Origin: a virus
Lineage: Duplodnaviria > Caudoviricetes
Virus record (IMG/VR): IMGVR_UViG_3300022591_000002
Strand: one strand, 5' to 3'
DNA length: 64,000 nt
The notes under the pieces were generated by a model. That model saw only the letters and a list, made by a program, of their open reading frames with translations, did no database searches and was not told the origin of the DNA. Below, piece after piece: positions 11,701-20,700 of this stretch (its first letter is position 1; each line of letters starts with the position of its first letter). The translations under genes were made by a program, and so were the position numbers.

Positions 11701-14700
11701 GTTAACGCAGTAGCAGGATCAACTGGTTACGGCGGTACAGGTAGAACAAGATTAAAATTATCTCAAGTTGCAGGCACATTTACTGCCGGCGACACAATGT
11801 ACTATTCAGATCCACAAGGCAACATTTTAGGTAGCGGAGTAATTGCGGCTAATGATGGCACATACGTTTATCTAAATGGTCCAGCTTGGGGCTTTAGAAC
11901 ATCGAGTAATGGTACAGCAAAAGTTGTTACTCCATTTGGAGCCGTACAAACATCAACTAGCAACTACAAATTCAGTACAGCTAGTGCATTGTTTAACAGC
12001 GCAACAAGCGACTATCTACAGATCCTTAGCGACAGTACAATGCAATTTGGTACTGGAGCATATACAGTTGAATGTTGGGTTTACGTAACATCAATTGGTG
12101 CTACACAAACAATTTTTCAAAAGGGAAATCCAAATACCCCAGCAACAAGTTTTGGTTTAAGAATCAGTGCATCGGGTGTGCTAGTAGGTACAGACGGTAG
12201 TGCAGTATTAACTGGTTCAACTACACTAACAACAGGTGCATGGCACCATGTTGCCCTTGTTCGTGATACAAACAGCAACAAGGCTACTGTATTCTTAGAC
12301 GGTAATATTGAAGCAAGTCAAACTGGAGTTACTTACAGCGTAAGCAACACAGATCCATTTGACATTGGTGGTGATTCTACAAATGGCCAATGGTACTTCA
12401 CTGGTAACATTGATGAATTCCGTGTAAGTAGTGTTGTTCGTTATACAAGTTCCTTTACACTAGCAAGTAATCCGTTTGGATATGATTCTGTTACTGTGTT
12501 CTTAATGCACATGAACGGCGCCAACGGCGGCACACAGTTTGATACTGATGCTACAGAAACACAAAATGTTTACTCTATTGGTAACAGTCCTGCAAGTGCT
12601 AAAAATATTGCTCTAGCAGACTACCATCAGTTTGGTGCTGAACTACGTTGTATTGGTAGTGCGGCAGTCTTTGGTAACCAAGGTGTTATTGCCAATGGTA
12701 CTGGTACAGACTTAAAACTAATCAGCTTCAACATGAGCTTTGTTGGAGCAGGCGGCGACATTACAGATGATGCAAGTTTAACAGTACAAGCCAACGAAGT
12801 ATTACAACAAAACGGAGGTAAAGTATTCTATCAAACAGTTGACCAAAGCGGTGACTTCCGTGTTGGCAATAGTTTCTATGTTAACCAAAACACAGGTGCA
12901 GTTAGCTTTGGTAATGCAAACTTAAACTTAACAAGTTTAGCAAGCCTATTGATTAGCAACGGCACAAACTCAACAAGTATTTTACCAGGTAGCGTACAAG
13001 CCGGTGAAATGTTAATCAGTGGTAACACACTAGGTAGTGCGGCTGGTAACATTAATATCAACCCAGCTGGTACAATGACTATTGTACAAAGTAACTTACA
13101 AGTTAACGGCAATTTTAGTGTTCAAAATTTAGTAGTTCCAGGTAGTGCAGATTCAACATCAACAACTACTGGTGCTATTCAAGTTGTAGGTGGTATTGGT
13201 GTTGGTCAAAGTATATTTGTTGGAAGCACATTATCAAGCACAACAACTGTAGCCGGTAACGCAATCACAGTTAATACCGGTGGTATCGGTGCGCAAACAT
13301 TATACATTGCTAGCTATGGTTACATCGGCAATGCTAAGATTGTTACAACAGCTACCATTGGTTCAGCACTTGGTGGTATTGTTCCTAATGCATTACACAT
13401 TACAAACTTAGGCCAGTCAACTAGCACAACAACTGGTGCATTGGTTGTAGATGGTGGCGTAGGTATTGGTGGCAATTTAACAATTGGTGGTAACTTAAAT
13501 CTATTAGGCGGTGGTTCTGTATTAACAAACATCACTGCTACTACTGACAACTACATTGGTGCAAGTGTAACTAAATCAGGTACTACTTCAACAATCAACA
13601 TTGTTAACTTAGGTGTTCAATCGTTGTTTGGTGGCTCTGATATTTCTTTATCATCAAACACTGGTACTATTACTGTTAACAACGTAAGTACACTTGATAC
13701 AGTTCTTGGCAGAGGTAGTTCGTCAGCTCAAGCTGTTTCATTAACAAATGCAAGCGTTAGCACAACTACTATTGCAGGTAATGCATTAGCAGTAACTGGC
13801 GGCATTGGTGCATCAAACTTATATATTAGTAATGCTGGTTTCATTGGCGGATCACAAATTGTAACATCTTCTACAATTGGTACACTAGTTGGCGGGCAAG
13901 CAATTACCAATCCGTTACAAATTACTAGCACATCATCGACTGCATTAAATATTCCTAACGGCGGCGCCTATGTTGGCGGCAACGTTGTAATTGGCGGCAG
14001 TTTAAACGTTGCAGGTACTGTTACAAGTATCAACAGCACAAGTGTTGACATTGGTAACAAAGTTGTATTCTTAAGCACATTATCTGCAAGTTCGATATTA
14101 GCACAAGGTGCTGGTATTGTTATAGGTAAAGATGACGGCATTGAAGCCGACCGTTGGGCAAGTTTATTATTTGATGGTCAAGGTGGCGGTTATGGTGGTA
14201 ACTGGATTAGTAAAGGCGGATTTGTTCCGTCCGCAGACAACTACTTTGATTTAGGTTCTAATGCTACTCAATGGCAGAATCTATATGTTAAGACTGTAAA
14301 CTTTAACGCCGCAGTATCTACAAGTACAGTATTCAACACCGCAACTATTGCAGGCAACAGCATTGCAACAACTGGTGGTATCAGTGCGGCGCACTTATAC
14401 TTGAGTCAAGACGGTTGGATTGGTACAGCACGTATTATTACAACTGCTAACTTAGGTAGCTACACAACCGTATTTGATGGCGGCACAATTCATAGTCCGT
14501 TAATTGAACTAGACCCAACACAGTCTGCAAGTACAGCAACAGGCGCCCTACAAGTAGTAGGTGGTGCAGGTATTGGTAAGAATTTATATGTTGGTGGCAA
14601 CTCAATCCACTTAGGTAACGTATACACAACTGGTACAACATTTGCTTCTGCAATTTACGACAATAACAATCGTGTTATTACTGCTATCAACGTAAATGCA

Positions 14701-17700
14701 GGTACAGGTATTAGTTTAAGTACAGCACAGTTAACAGGTCCGTCTGCTACATTAACAATAACAAACGTTGGTGTAACAGCAATCACAGTAGGTGCTGGTC
14801 TAAGTGTAAATCAATCAACCGGTACAGTTAACATTGTTAACACTGGTGTTACAAGTATTACCGCAGGAACAGATATTGTAGTTTCAGCAAGTGCTGGCGA
14901 TATTACAATCTCAGATACAAGTACACTTGATTCAGTAACACAGCGCGGTGCTACTACAACTGCTACTGTTGTATTCAACAACGCGGCATTTACAACTACA
15001 AGTATTGCAGGCAACGCAGTTCAAGTAACAGGCGGCCTTGGTGTTAATAACTTGTATGTACAAACAAGCGGTTATATCAACGGCGCACAAATTGTTACAA
15101 CATCAACATTGAACAGTTTCAGTGGCGGTGATATTAACAACGCACTACGTATTACTAATGCAACAGAAGCATCAAGCACACAAACAGGTGCATTCCAAGT
15201 TGTTGGTGGTGCTGGTTTTGGTAAGAGCGTATGGGTAGGCAAAGACCTACACGTATTAGGTGATCTATACATTGACGGAGTTAACACAATCGTTAACTCA
15301 ACTAGCATCCAGACTGGCGATAAGACAATTAGTCTAAGTACAGCTTCATTAGTATCTGGAAATGCTACAGGTGCTGGTATCAAGATTGGTCCAAGCACAA
15401 GTTCATATGCTACATTCTTGTTTGACGGTAATTCAAGCTGGTCATCAGGTGCATCAGTAGTTCCTGCAACAAGTCTAAACTATAACTTAGGTTCTCCAAG
15501 TCTAGTTTGGAGTAACGTATATTCAGCTAACGCAATTATTTCAGCAAATACACAAGCTACTACAACGCAAACCGGTTCATTACAGCTTGCAGGCGGCGCA
15601 GGTATTGGTAAACAAGTAGTTGTTGGTGAAACAGTTAACATCCTTGGCAACTATTCTAACACAACAACACAAGCTGGTAACAGTTTAGGTGTTGCAGGTG
15701 GCGGTTACTTTGGTGGAACATTGAATGTTCAACAAGGTGCATGGGTTGGTGGATCACAAGTTGTTACAACTTACAACCCATTTGACACAATCTTCATAAG
15801 TCAAACACAATCAACAAACACACAAAGTGGTGCATTCCAAGTTGTAGGCGGTGTTGGTATTGGCGCTAACTTAAACGTTGGTGGCCTAGTAAGTATTGCC
15901 AATAATACAGAAAGTACAACTACACCTAGTTCTAACGCACTTGTAGTTACCGGTGGTATCTACGCTGACATGATCAACATCAATACAATTGGTGTTATCA
16001 ACGGTGGTATAATTATCACAACAGCAACCATTGGTAACTTTGCGTTCAACGGTGGTGTAATCAATAAACCAATTAACATTACTACAACTACCGTAGCATC
16101 TAGCAGTATTACTGGTGCGTTAACTGTAACAGGTGGTGTTGGTATTGGTGGCGCAACATTTGCTTACGGTACATTTACAAGTCAGACAACAGCATCATTT
16201 AGATATATCCAAATGAGTACTGCCACAATTACTGGCGTGTTCTCAAGCACAAGTGCTTTATCTAATACATCAACTATTGTTGGTAACGCAATTCAAGTTG
16301 CTGGCGGTATTGGTACAAACTACCTAAACATCAAGACAGCAGGTTGGTTAAATGGTAGCCCAATTCTAACAGCTAACACATTGAATAGTTACTCTGGTGG
16401 TACTATTAACAATGCGTTGATTATCAACACAGCAACACAATCTCTAAACACAACAACTGGTGCTTTACAAGTTGTTGATGGTGGTGTTGGTGTTGGCGGC
16501 AATATGTGGATTGGCGGAAGCTATAACTTTATTGATCCAACATTTACTGCACAAGGTTACTTTGGTCCATCAGTTGATTTGTCAACTGTACAGATGGGTG
16601 CGTTTGCAAACTTACCAGCAGTTATCCTTTCTAATAACGCAGAAGTAGCAAGATTCAAAACTGGCTTAACTGGATTTGGTAATAACAATCCAGTCTTTGG
16701 TTTAGACTTAGTTTCTCCTAGCGCACAAGCAGGTTCTGCAAATACAATCAGTAACATGTTGAGCTTAGTTTCAACTAACTGGCAAGCTAACTTCAGTGCA
16801 GATGTACCAACATTTGAAATTACACAAACAAGTCGCGATAGTGGCAACACATTTGAAAACTGGATTTCAGTTGGTGAACAAGCCGCAGGTGTTGCACAGG
16901 CATTAGTATTTGCAGGCGGTAACTATTATAACAATGGTGGAACTCCAACTGTAACTGAATGGGCAAGATTTACTCCTGCTGGCAACTTTGTTGCACAGAA
17001 TCAAATTCAAGCACAAACAGAAGTTATTAACAGCTCTAACAACAGCACAAGTACAATCGCAGGTAATGCGTTACAAGTTACTGGTGGTATTGGAGCCGCA
17101 AAACTATATCTAAGTCAAGAAGGTTGGATTGCTGGTGGTAAGATTATTACAACAGCAAATGCTAGCTCTATTGCGTTCAACGGCGGAACAATTACAACTC
17201 CGTTGTACATTAATACAACAACACAATCTAGTTCAAACATCACAGGTGCTTTAAGAGTACAAGGTGGTGCAGGTATACTACTAAACTTGAACGTTGGCGG
17301 TGTTGCATCAATGAACGGTGGTTTAGTAAGTGTCAACAACACATTTACTAACATTAACACTATTACATTAGGTAGCTTAAACGTTGGCGGTAACGTAACA
17401 TTTACAACTAGCACAGCGGCCGCAGGCGTTACAGCAGGTAATGCAGGCGTTGTAGTAACCGGCGGTGTTGGTATCAACAAGAACTTAATTGTAAACGATA
17501 CTGCAACAGTATTAAGCTCAATAGCAAGCACAACAACTATTGCAGGTAACGCATTACAAGTTACTGGCGGTATTGGTGGTAAGAGCATTTACTTAACAGA
17601 CGTTGGTTATATCAACGGCGCACAAATTGTTACAAGTTCTACAATCAATGCATTCAGCGGTGGATCAATTTCTAATGCATTGAACCTATCTAACTTAACA

Positions 17701-20700
17701 AATGCAGTTAACACATCAACTGGTGCGTTAACAGTAGCAGGCGGTGTTGGTATTGGTCAGGACCTATGGGTAGGTGGAGGTTTACACCTATTAGGCGATC
17801 TATTTGTAGATGGCACACAGACTATCATTGACAGCACACGTATTCAAACTGGTGACAAAGTAATTTATCTAAGCACTGGTTCGGCAAACGCTACTCTTGC
17901 AAGTGGTTCAGGTCTTGCAATTGGTGCTCCGGGTACTGTATTTGCAAGTTTACAATTTGACGGTATTAGCACATGGCAATCTGGTGCAAACTTATCTCCA
18001 ACAACAAGTGGCGGATTTAACTTAGGTAGCGCATCACTTCCATGGAACACAGAATACGTTCAATTCTCAAGAATTAACGGCGGTACACAATCGACAACTG
18101 CAACCAACGGTACACTAGTTGTAACTGGAGGTGTTGGTGTAAGTGGAAACTTAAACATTGGTACAAGTGCTACAATCGCAAGTCAATTGTTTAACCTAGC
18201 ACAAGCTAACGTAACACAGAACGCATTATATGTAGCAGGCGGCATTGGCGCACAATACTTAAACATTGCTAATACTGGTTATGTTGCAGGTAGCCCAATT
18301 ATTACAGCGGCTAACATTGCAGGCTATCAGTTCAGCGGTGGTACAATCACTGGTATCTTAACAAGTACAAACACAACAAGTTCGTTATCAACACAAACTG
18401 GTGCTGTACAAATTAGAGGTGGTATTGCTACAGGCGACAACTTATGGGTTGGCAATGCCGCAATGATCTTAGGCACAACATCAAGTGCAGTATCAACAAC
18501 AAGCAACGCATTGCAAGTTGTAGGTGGCATTGGTGCTTACAGTATCTATCTAGCAAACAACGGTTACATTAACGGATCACAAATTGTTACAGCGGCAACA
18601 ATTAACAATTTCTCCGGCGGTACAATTAACAGTTCATTAACAGTTAATAGTTCTACACAAGCAGTAAGCACAACAACTGGTGCCTTCCAAGTCACAAACG
18701 GTGGTATTGGTATTGGTGGTAACATTTGGGCAGGTGGCTACATTAACGTTGGCGGAACTGCTAACCAAGCAGTTACACTAGGTACAACAGCTACAGGTAG
18801 CTTACAAGTCTTAGGTGGCGCAAGTATTACTGGTGGTATGAACATTGGTGGTTCAACTTACTTTGCACAGAAAGTAGGTATTGGTACAATTACTCCAGGT
18901 GTAAGCCCAGGTGCCGCAACATTAGAAGTTAACGGTGACGCAGTATTTGGCGCAGGCAACAGCTCACGTGTACAAATTACTAACGGTGGCGGCTCAAACG
19001 CAATTTACGAAGTTCAAGGTAGTGAAACAGGCTATCGTTGGCAAATTGGTAGTAACCTAGTTACTATTGGTGTTGCCGGTATGGGCTTCATGAACCAGAA
19101 CCAAACACTATCAGGTGGTGGTGTTGCAATTGGTGCAGTAAGTGGTGCATCTGGCAACTTAGGTTTATATACATCAAACGGTAGTGCGTTAACATTACGT
19201 GTACAAGTTGATACTTCTGGTAAGATGATTATTGGCGGTAGTGGTCCAACTACTCCGTTAGCTAAGTTAGACGTTCGCGGTGATTTACGTTTACAATCTG
19301 GAAATACAGAACACGTTATCCTATCAAACGGTGCAAGCCAGTACGTTGCTGTTGACTTTACAAGAACTAACACAGGTAACTCAGCAGACTTCCGTGTTGC
19401 AATTAACGGTAGCGCAGGTAACTTTAGTCCTAACGCACAAGCAGGCGATGCAACATTAAGCTTCTCTAGCAACATTTATTTTGCTAACCAGAACACATAC
19501 GAAGTAGCTAAAATTACTCCAACAGGATTAGTAATTACAACAGCTACAGTAGCAAGTTCTGCAAGCTCAGGTGCTTTGCAAGTACAAGGTGGTGCAGGTG
19601 TAACAGGTAACTTCTACGTAGGTTCTGCTTCAAGCTTCACTGGCGCAGTTTATGTTGCGTCAGCAGTTGCTACTACAAGTAGTAAATCACCTAACGCATT
19701 AGTTGTTGCTGGTGGTATTGGTGCCGCAAGTCTATGGTTAGATAACCCAGGTTGGATTAACGGCTATCAAATTGTTACAACAGCTAACATTGGTTCGTTT
19801 ACTGGTGCGTTCAACGGCGGTACTGTAACTAACCCAATTTACATTAACAACACAACTAACGCAACATCAACAAGCACAGGTGCGTTATACACAGTAGGTG
19901 GTATTGCATCATCTAAAGATTTGTGGGTCGGCGGCAATGCCACAGTAGTTGGTTCAACAACACTACAATCTACATTAGGTGTAAGCGGTGTTGCAACCGT
20001 TTACAGCACAGCGTCTAGCACAGTTGGTACAGCAAGCAACGCATTAGTTGTTATTGGTGGACTAGGTGTTGCAAGTACAATTTACTCAACAGGCGACCAT
20101 TACATTGGTGGTATGCGTGTTGGTTTAGGTGGGGGCGCAGTAGCAAGTAACGTTGCAATTGGTGCTGGTGCAATGACATCAGCGGCCAGCGGAACATATA
20201 ACATTGGTATTGGTTCTAACGCTTTAACAAGTTTAAGCTCTGGTAACTACAACATTGGTATTGGCTTACAAGCCCTACAAAATGCTGGTGCTACAGTTAA
20301 TAACGTAGCAATCGGTACACAGGCAATGAACGGTGGTTCACCAGGTAGCTCAGGTGTTGCAGTTGGTTACCAAGCAGGTCAGTATGCACAAGGTAACTAT
20401 ATTGTTGCTATTGGTCAAGGCGCACTAGCTGGTGCTGGTGTAACTAACGCAGGTTCAAGCAACATTGGTATTGGTTATCAAGCAGGTAACGTTATTACTA
20501 GCGGTGGCAGAAACATAATTCTTGGTTATCAAGCTGGTCTAACATTAGCTGGCGGATCACAGAACGTATTAGTCGGTTACCAAGCTGGTCAATCAATTAC
20601 ATCGGGTGGCAACAACGTTGTTATTGGTGGCAACAATGGTAGCGGTATTAGTTCAAGTAATAACAACGTTATTATTTCCGACGGTTCTGGCAACATTGTA

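Noticed and set aside
5480-14680. Possible diversity-generating retroelement template/variable repeat pair
   Set aside because: The match is only 31 nt with a single mismatch, both copies are mid-gene, and no reverse transcriptase is in the window.
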